Shown here: positions 8,172 to 15,621 of the stretch, piece after piece
Position numbering within the stretch: the first letter of the stretch is position 1
Layout: every line of letters starts with the position of its first letter
Assembly (NCBI GenBank): GCA_009694415.1
Contig: SHUZ01000017.1
Coordinates: forward strand, 2,628-26,627
DNA length: 24,000 nucleotides
From: Acidimicrobiia bacterium
GTDB taxonomy: Bacteria > Actinomycetota > Acidimicrobiia > IMCC26256 > JAENVU01
Direction: 5' to 3'
Notes under the pieces: generated by a model
Seen by the model: only the letters and a program-made list of their open reading frames with translations
Database searches by the model: none
Told to the model about the DNA's origin: nothing
Made by a program: the position numbers and the translations under genes

Positions 8172-9275
8172 CTACGTCTCTCCTAAAAGGTAGGACACAA
8201 TCGCGTCGGCATCGCTCTGAGTCATTACTGGCTGACCCTTGGGCGTGTTCTTGGTAAACGACGGCATACCGACGCACGTCGCTGGTGGCGGCAACCGACA
8301 ATCTTTGGCCTGCATCGCGATCATCGAGGGCGCGTTCATCACCCAGCGCGTGAGGTTTTCTCGATTGAGCTCGTATGTACCGCCTGCAAAGGTCGTCCTG
8401 CTCGCGAGGTGTGTGAGGTTTGGACCGTAGTTTGTCTTAGTGGACTTATCGAAAATATGGCAGTTAGTGCATCCGTACGTCGCGCCGGTCAATTGCGCTA
8501 CCTCACCGGTATACGCCTGGGCAGGACCGCCGATTTGATCGTCTCGCCATGCTTCCCAATCGGCCATTGACGAAGCGATGACCCGCATTCTCATGTCAGC
8601 ATGCGACAGACCGCAGTATTCGGCACACGCGCCGAGGAATGTCCCAGGAGCAGATGCTTCAAGCACTACCTCATTGGTGCGCGCGGGCATTACGTCTTTC
8701 TTGCCAGCAAGTTCTGGTATCCAGAATGAATGGATCGCGTTATCCGAGTGCAAACGAACAAGCACCTTTGTGTTGACAGGAATATGCAACTCGGTACTCG
8801 TGACGATATTCGACGGCACCATTGGTTGCTTACCGAGTTCGAACTGCCACCACCACTGCTTGCCGGATGCGTCGACGACTAGGACGTCGGGTCCTGTAGG
8901 GCGTTCGGCAAGCGCAAAGATTGTGCTCACGGTAGGCACGGCAATTACTGCAAGGATCAAAGCTGGCACGATCGTCCAGCCGATCTCCAACATCGAGTTT
9001 CCGTGTATCTGCTTCGGGTTATCCAACCTGCCTTCCCGGTGACGGAACCGCAGTGCTACATAAAACGTCGCCGCGATGATCGCGATCCCTATGAGGATGG
9101 CAACGATCAATACCGGTATAAACAGGTTGTTAATCGTCTGGGCCGCAGGGCCTTTGGGGCTCAGCGAGTTCTGGCCGTTTTCATTGGAGCACGAGCCAAG
9201 GAATATCGAGAAGCCAGCGATGAAGGCCGCTGTGGGCAACCGGTAGGCGCGCCGCCCAATCTTGAGTTCCTTCAT
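8172..9275 (-). CDS. ctaC: Cytochrome c oxidase subunit II with a fused C-terminal cytochrome c domain (caa3 type), probable lipoprotein
   Basis: The CuA centre is present: His182 and CAEYCGLSHADM (Cys217, Cys221, His225, Met228). The C-terminal domain has the haem c motif CTNCH (aa 269-273) and a GMPSF candidate axial Met. The N-terminus carries a lipobox-like FLGSC followed by two TM helices. Confidence 0.95.
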   Translation of the reverse strand: MKELKIGRRAYRLPTAAFIAGFSIFLGSCSNENGQNSLSPKGPAAQTINNLFIPVLIVAILIGIAIIAATFYVALRFRHREGRLDNPKQIHGNSMLEIGWTIVPALILAVIAVPTVSTIFALAERPTGPDVLVVDASGKQWWWQFELGKQPMVPSNIVTSTELHIPVNTKVLVRLHSDNAIHSFWIPELAGKKDVMPARTNEVVLEASAPGTFLGACAEYCGLSHADMRMRVIASSMADWEAWRDDQIGGPAQAYTGEVAQLTGATYGCTNCHIFDKSTKTNYGPNLTHLASRTTFAGGTYELNRENLTRWVMNAPSMIAMQAKDCRLPPPATCVGMPSFTKNTPKGQPVMTQSDADAIVSYLLGET

Positions 9276-9406
9276 GCCTCAATCCCTTGTGCGAACGAGC
9301 CGGGGACACCATGACCCCAGAACCAACTCCTTCTGGCCCGGCGACTCTATCCCCGCCAGAAACGACAACTACAACTCCTCAGAATCGCAAATCTCGCAAA
9401 CGTCCC
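9276..9406 (-). promoter_or_regulatory. Probable promoter/operator region of the cta-cupredoxin operon (the only sizeable spacer in this gene string)
   Basis: This is a 131-nt spacer between the era stop and the ctaC ATG. Read on the minus strand it contains three repeat sets. TTTGCGA occurs twice with a 9-nt period (plus coordinates 9385-9391 and 9394-9400). AGTTGT occurs as a tandem pair (9365-9376). GGAGTTG occurs twice, 48 nt apart (9324-9330 and 9372-9378). A TAGAGT hexamer (9344-9349) fits the TANNNT -10 pattern. No transcription start site is known. Confidence 0.3.
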
Positions 9407-10315
9407 TTAGAGCCCGAGGCGGTCCAGCGACTGCGCGCGCCGTTGCCAATCCTTGTCGACCTTGACATGGGTCTCCAGGTACACGCGAGCGCCGAAGAGG
9501 GACTCCAACTCAAGGCGAGCGGCCATACCGGCGTCTCGTATTACCGTTCCGCCCTTGCCAATAACGATGCCCTTCTGGGAATCACGTTCAACATGGACAA
9601 CGACCCGATAACGCATGACATCGGGGTCATGCTCCCCTTCGTCTTCTTCATCGGTCTCAAGTTCGGCAGCGGTCACCATGATTGAGTGCGGCAACTCCTC
9701 ACGCGCCATTGCTAAAAGCTTTTCGCGAAGCAGCTCGGCCACCAATAGGGCTTCCGCTTGATCCGAGACGACACCATCGGGGTAGTACACGGGGCCTTCT
9801 GGAATACGGCCCTCAAACTCGGCTACCAGCGCTTCAAGCCCATCACCGGTTTTTGCCGAGAGCGGCAAGTACGCATCGAACTCGCCAAGTTTCTTCACAA
9901 CCGATCCGAGATGTTCCACTACTTGCGACGGAGTTGACGCGTCTGTCTTATTGACTACCAGCACCCGCGGCGTGTCGACTTTGTGGATGAGATCGCTAAT
10001 GAACTTGTCTCCTGAGCCAATCGGTTCGTTCGCTTCGATCAAGAGACAAACAACGTCAACTTCTGTCAAGGTTTGCACTGACCGACGGTTGCACCTCTCC
10101 CCAAGAAGCGTGCGCGGCTTATGTATCCCAGGGGTGTCGAGCAAAACGATCTGCGATTTTGTAGTCGTGCGAACGCCACGAATCTGAGTGCGAGTTGTTT
10201 GAGGCCGAGGCGACGTAATCGAGACCTTCGTGCCAACAAGTGCGTTGACGAGCGTGGACTTCCCTACATTCGGGCGTCCGAGCAAACTCACGAACCCAGA
10301 TCGAAACTCGTTCAC
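9407..10315 (-). CDS. era: GTPase Era
   Basis: The 302-aa ORF has G1 (GRPNVGKST), G3 (DTPG), G4 (NKTD) and a C-terminal KH domain (GIVIGKGG). Its GTG start overlaps the upstream stop (GTGA). Confidence 0.95.
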   Translation of the reverse strand: MNEFRSGFVSLLGRPNVGKSTLVNALVGTKVSITSPRPQTTRTQIRGVRTTTKSQIVLLDTPGIHKPRTLLGERCNRRSVQTLTEVDVVCLLIEANEPIGSGDKFISDLIHKVDTPRVLVVNKTDASTPSQVVEHLGSVVKKLGEFDAYLPLSAKTGDGLEALVAEFEGRIPEGPVYYPDGVVSDQAEALLVAELLREKLLAMAREELPHSIMVTAAELETDEEDEGEHDPDVMRYRVVVHVERDSQKGIVIGKGGTVIRDAGMAARLELESLFGARVYLETHVKVDKDWQRRAQSLDRLGL

Positions 10316-11631
10316 TGCGTCTCCGTTTTTGGCGATGACGAAGTGGGCGTGTCCCCCTCGTCGACATCTAAATCTCGAACGGGGTGCAGCGGAACGATCG
10401 CAACCGAGACAATCCTTTTGCCTTCAACTCGCTCAGCACGAAACTCGAGCCCCTCGAACTTCACCGTCTCGCCCGGTACAGGCACATGGCCAAGCAGGTT
10501 GAACACAAGCCCTGCGACCGTGTCCCATTCGGTGTCAGGTAACTGAATGTTCAAAACCTCGTTTACATCATCGATTGGAGTCTTACCAGGAACGCGGATG
10601 CCTCCTCCGGCTAAGGGTTCAACGCCTGGCTCCTCCGCGTCGTACTCGTCCAAGATCTCACCGACGATTTCTTCAAGAAGATCTTCAAGAGTCACTAGTC
10701 CTGCTGTGGCACCATGCTCATCGACAACGACCGCCATGTGCGATTTGCTGGTCTGCATCTCGCGGAGCAATTCAGCGACGCGCTTCTGTTCCGGCACGAA
10801 TACTGCGGGACGCGCTGCAGTTAGAACGGGCTCATTGCCTTCACCTGATCGCGCACGGGTTACCAGATCCTTGAGGTGGAGGACCCCCATGATGTTGTCC
10901 GTTGTTTCCTCATAACACGGCAAGCGCGAGAGCCCCGCAGAAATTGCACGTTCTATGGCCGCTTCAATGGTTTCGCCAGCATCGATTGCAACCATGTCGG
11001 GGCGTGGAACCATTACCTCGCGCACGACAGTGTCACCGAACTCGAATATCGAGTGAATCATCTTGCTTTCTTCATGTTCTATGACGTCTTCATTCGCCGC
11101 GACACTCGCCATGGTTCGCAGATCATCTTCCGTTACGAACGGGCCTTGCTTCAACCCCTTGCCGGGGAGCATGACGTTCGCCATACCGATGAGCATGCGC
11201 GACAACCCTCGCAGCGGAGGGAAATTCGTGATTGCCCACAGGAATCCGGAAAGGCGCAGGGCGGCTCGATCTGGATGCTGGATCGCATACGTCTTGGGGG
11301 CTACTTCCCCGATGACGAAATAAATGACTATCTGGATCGCCAAGCCGATAAACAAGCCGGCGCGACCGAATGAACTTTCGAGCAAAACACCGAGCAGCGC
11401 GGCGCTCGTCATCTGAGACACAAGTACAAGTAGCAGCAGAACATTTAGCGTTCGCTCAGGGTGCTCCAGCATGTCCGCCAGACGCGCCGCTCCCTTGCGT
11501 CCATCGTCCGCGAGGGTCATTGCGCGAATGCGATTCATGCGAGTGAACGCCGTCTCAGCCATCGCTAGAACGATGGAGAATAAAAAGAGAACGACTACGA
11601 CGCTCAGTATCAGTGCGTCGGAACTAGTCAT
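10312..11631 (-). CDS. CNNM/DUF21 transmembrane domain, CBS pair and CorC_HlyC domain protein (hemolysin-like / putative divalent-cation efflux family)
   Basis: The 439-aa ORF has four N-terminal TM helices, a central CBS region (VREVMVPRPDMVAID...VMGVLHLKDL) and a C-terminal transporter-associated domain (FRAERVEGKRI). It sits in the conserved phoH-ybeY-corC-era position. Confidence 0.9.
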   Translation of the reverse strand: MTSSDALILSVVVVLFLFSIVLAMAETAFTRMNRIRAMTLADDGRKGAARLADMLEHPERTLNVLLLLVLVSQMTSAALLGVLLESSFGRAGLFIGLAIQIVIYFVIGEVAPKTYAIQHPDRAALRLSGFLWAITNFPPLRGLSRMLIGMANVMLPGKGLKQGPFVTEDDLRTMASVAANEDVIEHEESKMIHSIFEFGDTVVREVMVPRPDMVAIDAGETIEAAIERAISAGLSRLPCYEETTDNIMGVLHLKDLVTRARSGEGNEPVLTAARPAVFVPEQKRVAELLREMQTSKSHMAVVVDEHGATAGLVTLEDLLEEIVGEILDEYDAEEPGVEPLAGGGIRVPGKTPIDDVNEVLNIQLPDTEWDTVAGLVFNLLGHVPVPGETVKFEGLEFRAERVEGKRIVSVAIVPLHPVRDLDVDEGDTPTSSSPKTETQ

Positions 11632-11658
11632 GCGGACACCCTCTAGTGATAGTCGGCG

Positions 11659-12192
11659 TCAAGGAGTCCGTCGTTCTTGTTCACGAAACTTGGTCAATAA
11701 CTCTTGCTCGCGCGACTTCATAGTCGTTTCGTCGTCGGGCTCTGCATGGTCGTAGTTGAGCAGATGAAGCACGCCATGCACGACGAGTAGCGCTATCTCT
11801 TCGTCAATCGTCTTGCCGTGTAGTGGCGCCTGCGCTGCAGCCATAGATGGACACACGACCACATCCCCAATTAGGGAAGGCGGTTCTCCTGCCTCGTTCG
11901 GCGCGCCCGGTCCACGTCCTCCTTGGTCTGGCTGTCTGCCACCGAGAACAAGGTCGTCATCCATCGGGAATGCCAACACATCGGTGGGGCCGGTGCCCGC
12001 CAGGAACTTCTCGTTGAGATCGGCAATCGACTGCGCATCTACGAATAACAGCGACAGCTCGGCTGTGCCACGGAGGCGTTCTTCACTAACGACAAACTCA
12101 GCCAACTTGACCCACCGAATCACGTCTATCGGCACATCCGATTGCTCGTCTGCCCCAAAGACTGAGAGACCAGTCTCACCGTAATCAGTCAT
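11659..12192 (-). CDS. ybeY: Endoribonuclease YbeY (16S rRNA 3-prime maturation)
   Basis: The zinc motif HGVLHLLNYDH and the TDVLAFPMDD motif are both present. The ORF track starts at 12207. I prefer the ATG at 12192 (MTDYGETGLSVF) because it gives an N-terminus closer in length to other YbeY proteins and overlaps the phoH stop by 8 nt (ATGACTGA). Either start is possible. Confidence 0.9.
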   Translation of the reverse strand: MTDYGETGLSVFGADEQSDVPIDVIRWVKLAEFVVSEERLRGTAELSLLFVDAQSIADLNEKFLAGTGPTDVLAFPMDDDLVLGGRQPDQGGRGPGAPNEAGEPPSLIGDVVVCPSMAAAQAPLHGKTIDEEIALLVVHGVLHLLNYDHAEPDDETTMKSREQELLTKFREQERRTP

Positions 12193-13138
12193 GGGCTGCG
12201 TACGCATCGACGATGTCGGCCACGATGCGATGCCTCACAACATCTCGGGATCCAAGTTCAACGAAGGCGAGCCCGTCGATGCCGTCAAGCAGATCACGCA
12301 CCGCGAGCAATCCCGAACGGCCCCGAGCATCCGGCAAATCGATCTGGGTCACGTCCCCGGTGACGACGATCTTGGATCCGAAGCCCAGTCGCGTGAGAAA
12401 CATTTTCATTTGTTCCGCCGTTGTGTTCTGTGCTTCGTCGAGAATGATGAATGAATCGTTCAACGTGCGGCCGCGCATATATGCGAGCGGCGCAACCTCG
12501 ATCGTGCCGCGTTCCATCAACCGCGAAACCGCCTCTAGGTCGAGCATGTCGTACAACGCGTCGTACAGCGGCCGCAGATATGGATCGACTTTCGCGAGCA
12601 TGTCGCCGGGCAAGAACCCGAGCCGTTCACCCGCTTCGACAGCAGGACGCGTCAGGATGATCCGGTTCACTTCCTTCGCTTGTAGTGCTTGCACCGCCAA
12701 CGCGACAGCGAGATAACTCTTACCTGTGCCCGCGGGTCCGATGCCGAACGTGATCGTGTTCGCAGCAACCGCGTCCACATAGCGCTTCTGTCCAGCGGTT
12801 TTCGGGCGCACCGTCTTACGTCCGCGCAACACTTCGGTTGCAAGTACTGCAGAAGGCATCTGATTTTCTTCGAGCATTGCGATTGCCCGGATCACACCGT
12901 CGCGATCGAGTGTGTGCCCGCTCTGAAGGACGACAACCAACTCTTCAAAGAGTCGGCCCGCCATCGTCGCGGCCTCATGTTCGCCCGTGATGGTGATTTC
13001 GTTGCCGCGCACGAGTATCTCGGCCGGAAACGCATTCTCGACAAGGCGGAGAAGTTCATCACGTTGGCCTAGTAGGTCCACCATGAGGTGGTTACCGGGG
13101 ATGAGTATCCGAACCTGAGCCGGCGACGAAGTGGTCAC
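12185..13138 (-). CDS. phoH: PhoH-like ATPase (PhoH/YbeZ family)
   Basis: The 317-aa ORF starts at GTG. It has Walker A (GPAGTGKS), Walker B (FIILDEAQN), and VVTGDVTQIDLP. Confidence 0.92.
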   Translation of the reverse strand: MTTSSPAQVRILIPGNHLMVDLLGQRDELLRLVENAFPAEILVRGNEITITGEHEAATMAGRLFEELVVVLQSGHTLDRDGVIRAIAMLEENQMPSAVLATEVLRGRKTVRPKTAGQKRYVDAVAANTITFGIGPAGTGKSYLAVALAVQALQAKEVNRIILTRPAVEAGERLGFLPGDMLAKVDPYLRPLYDALYDMLDLEAVSRLMERGTIEVAPLAYMRGRTLNDSFIILDEAQNTTAEQMKMFLTRLGFGSKIVVTGDVTQIDLPDARGRSGLLAVRDLLDGIDGLAFVELGSRDVVRHRIVADIVDAYAAHD

Positions 13139-13193
13139 GACGCGCTCAGGGTAGCGCCGACGGGCGCGTTTGGCGACGCAGCGCTGGTGTTAG

Positions 13194-13679
13194 TCAGGCT
13201 ATGGAGGCACCAGCGCGCAGACCCAGCTGCGTGAGGTGATTCCCGAAGTCGTCCGCGGGGCGGCCGAGCACCGCTGCAAGCACGCGCATATCATCATGTC
13301 TGATCGTGAGAACCTGTCCGTTGAAATCTTGCCTCTGCAGTTCGATTGTCGAGGCGTAACGCGCGATCACGCCGGCATCCGGCGTGCCAAGAGCGCGTAA
13401 AGCAATCAGGTCGATGGTGAATCCGGTGTCGCCGTCATCGCTCTCCGTGAGATCAATCGTGATCTCTGCGTCTCGCGGTAACAACTGATCAGGCCGAACA
13501 CCGTATATCTCCGCTAAACGTAACATTCTGGGAACTGAGATTGCGCGCTCACAGCGTTCGTAAGCCCCAAGCACCGATGCCTTGAACTCAAGTCCCGACT
13601 TGTTTTCAACATCGTGAAGCGACATCCCCTGCTGCCTACGAATTGCCCGTAGTCGTTCGCCAACGCTAACGCCGCTCAT
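13194..13679 (-). CDS. bldD: BldD-like transcriptional regulator: N-terminal XRE-type HTH plus a C-terminal c-di-GMP-binding-type domain
   Basis: The 161-aa ORF has an N-terminal region (LRAIRRQQGMSLHDVENKS...VLGAYERCERAISVPRMLRLAEIYGV) and a C-terminal region (ARYASTIELQRQDFNGQVLTIRHDDMRVLA). Both align closely with my recollection of Streptomyces BldD. The bipartite signature RxD-x8-RxxD is intact: R116-Q-D, then 8 residues, then R127-H-D-D (nt 13290-13334). Confidence 0.8.
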   Translation of the reverse strand: MSGVSVGERLRAIRRQQGMSLHDVENKSGLEFKASVLGAYERCERAISVPRMLRLAEIYGVRPDQLLPRDAEITIDLTESDDGDTGFTIDLIALRALGTPDAGVIARYASTIELQRQDFNGQVLTIRHDDMRVLAAVLGRPADDFGNHLTQLGLRAGASIA

Positions 13680-13763
13680 GCATCCCGATCCATCGTGCGC
13701 TACATGGAGGTTTCTAGTTGGAGACTATGACACGCCTTGCCTCCAATGTCGAACATAGCCTTG

Positions 13764-14501
13764 CTACCTGCGAAAAACGCTGAGGGCAGCCGCTGCGGCA
13801 ATAGGAGCGGTCTTGGACCTCAAGATGTGGGGACCCAGGGCCATTCGACCCCACGCGCGCAATTCATCTACCTCATCTGCCTCCAACCCACCCTCTGGAC
13901 CCACCACAACGAGCCACTCCCCGCCCGGCGGATGCAGCAAATCCGAGGGTGAGTCTCCCCCGAGCTCCGCTATGACAATCCCTGGATGGCCACCCAGATC
14001 CGAGATGTCGATCACCGACTCGACAGAGGGAAGCCGCGCCCGGAAGGACTGCATCGCTGCTTCTCGAACAACTTTGCGAAGGCGCACGAGAGCCTTGTCG
14101 CCCTTATCGGACTCCCATCTCACGATGCCTCGCTTCGTCATGATCGGGATGATGCGATCAACACCTAGTTCAACAAGTTGGCGAACGACCGTGGACGCGG
14201 TATCACTCTTCGCTGGAGCAAACGCGATTGCGAGGTGCGGCTCCACCACTGGCTCATCGGTGATTGGTCCGACGGGTTCAAGGATGATCTTGTTATCGAC
14301 TAGCTCTGTAACCAAACACCTGCGCCAAGCCCCGGTGCCGTCGGCCGCCACCAGGTGTTCTCCCTGCTCTATCCGACGAACACGCGCGAGATGATGCCCG
14401 TCGTCGTCTGTTACCGCCAGGGGCGCTGCGTCTGATATCGAGTCGAGGAACACCATCGCGGTCGCGTCTGCGCCGGATGCATATCCCTTCTCGCTTGTCA
14501 C
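13764..14501 (-). CDS. rsmE: 16S rRNA (uracil1498-N3)-methyltransferase RsmE
   Basis: The C-terminal SPOUT motif VVVGPEGGLEADEV is present, as is the N-terminal PUA-like region (HHLARVRRIEQGEHLVAADG). The GTG at 14501 overlaps the dnaJ stop (GTGA). By homology, the internal ATG at 14456 (MVFLDS) is an equally plausible start. Confidence 0.85.
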   Translation of the reverse strand: MTSEKGYASGADATAMVFLDSISDAAPLAVTDDDGHHLARVRRIEQGEHLVAADGTGAWRRCLVTELVDNKIILEPVGPITDEPVVEPHLAIAFAPAKSDTASTVVRQLVELGVDRIIPIMTKRGIVRWESDKGDKALVRLRKVVREAAMQSFRARLPSVESVIDISDLGGHPGIVIAELGGDSPSDLLHPPGGEWLVVVGPEGGLEADEVDELRAWGRMALGPHILRSKTAPIAAAAALSVFRR

Positions 14502-15616
14502 CGTTCTCCGAACGCATTCCTCAATCGCGAGAAGAGTCCCGGATCTGGAGGGGACACATCTTCGCCACGAAGTGCCGCCAGATGCGTGAGTAGTTCCGCT
14601 TCCTCGGCCGACAAACGCTTGGGAACTTCTACTTCTACGGCCACCAACAGATCACCTCTGCCGCGGCCCTGCAGAACAGGCACACCGCGACCGCGGAGCC
14701 TAAAGACATGGCCTGGTTGCGTGCCGGCTGGAACCTCGAGTTCGAGTGGTTCTTCGAGAGTGTCGACATGAAGTGTCGTGCCGAGCGTCGCTTGAGTGAA
14801 AGCAAGCGTTAGACGGTGTACGAGATCGACGCCATGTCGTTCAAGCGTTGGGTGAGTCCGCGTACGTATGGTGACGTAGAGATCTCCGGGAACACCGCCG
14901 CGAGGCGCGGCAGGACCTCGTCCCGGGAGGCGCAGGCGTTGACCGTCATCGATTCCTGCCGGGATTTCCACTTCTATCTGGCGACTAGCGCGCACCCGTC
15001 CATCGCCACGACATTGCGCGCAGGGGTTCGGGACCGTCTTACCCAAGCCGCTGCATGTTGGGCAAGCAACCGCTGTTACCAGTTGCCCAAGGATCGACCT
15101 TCGTACCTCGCGCACCTCACCGGAGCCGCCGCATGTTCCACACGATTCCGGGTGGGTTCCGGCAGCGCATCCTGAACCGTCGCATTGTTCGCACGGTCCT
15201 GGCATCTGCACATCAAGTGATCTGGTGCACCCGAAGGCGGCTTCTACGAGATCGAGCTCGACGATCGCCTCGGCGTCTGGAGTTTGTCTCGGTCCTCCCT
15301 GGCCTCCACCGCCGAATGAACCTGTGAAGAACGCATCGAAGATGTCGCCAAATCCGAACTGGTCACCGGATCCGTTTGGTTGTCCACGCTGCCCGCGCGA
15401 GCCGTCGTCACCAAACGTGTCGTAGCGGCGGCGGCGTTCTGGGTCGCGGAGAACCTCGTACGCGGCCGAGACCTCTTTGAAGCGGTCTTCCGCCGACGCG
15501 TCAGAAGGGTTCGCGTCCGGATGAAGATCACGTGCGCGTGATCGATAGGCGGTCTTGATCTCCGATTGCGTGGCGTTGTGTTCGACACCTAATAGGGCGT
15601 ACAGGTCTGGTGGCAT
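14498..15616 (-). CDS. dnaJ: Molecular chaperone DnaJ (type I: J domain, G/F region, four CxxCxGxG zinc-finger repeats)
   Basis: The J domain is LYALLGV...DLHPDANP...AYEVLRDPERRRRYD, followed by a Gly/Phe-rich linker. The four zinc-finger repeats are CEQCDGSG, CGTCGGSG, CPTCSGLG and CAQCRGDG. Confidence 0.95.
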   Translation of the reverse strand: MPPDLYALLGVEHNATQSEIKTAYRSRARDLHPDANPSDASAEDRFKEVSAAYEVLRDPERRRRYDTFGDDGSRGQRGQPNGSGDQFGFGDIFDAFFTGSFGGGGQGGPRQTPDAEAIVELDLVEAAFGCTRSLDVQMPGPCEQCDGSGCAAGTHPESCGTCGGSGEVREVRRSILGQLVTAVACPTCSGLGKTVPNPCAQCRGDGRVRASRQIEVEIPAGIDDGQRLRLPGRGPAAPRGGVPGDLYVTIRTRTHPTLERHGVDLVHRLTLAFTQATLGTTLHVDTLEEPLELEVPAGTQPGHVFRLRGRGVPVLQGRGRGDLLVAVEVEVPKRLSAEEAELLTHLAALRGEDVSPPDPGLFSRLRNAFGER

Positions 15617-15621
15617 CTCGG

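Noticed and set aside
11830-11960. A Gly/Pro-rich insertion in YbeY (LVLGGRQPDQGGRGPGAPNEAGEPPS) between the FPMDD motif and LIGDVVVC.
   Set aside because: As I recall, actinobacterial YbeY proteins commonly carry a comparable Pro/Gly-rich insertion at this position. It is therefore a lineage trait rather than an anomaly.
13680-13763. Nested inverted repeats (TTGGAG...CTCCAA and GGAGG...CCTCC) and possible -35/-10 hexamers lie in the rsmE - bldD spacer. I also searched here for a BldD-box palindrome.
   Set aside because: The stems are only 5-6 bp with 17-30 nt loops. The hexamer spacings (13-20 nt) do not fit a convincing promoter, and I found no match to the BldD-box pattern.
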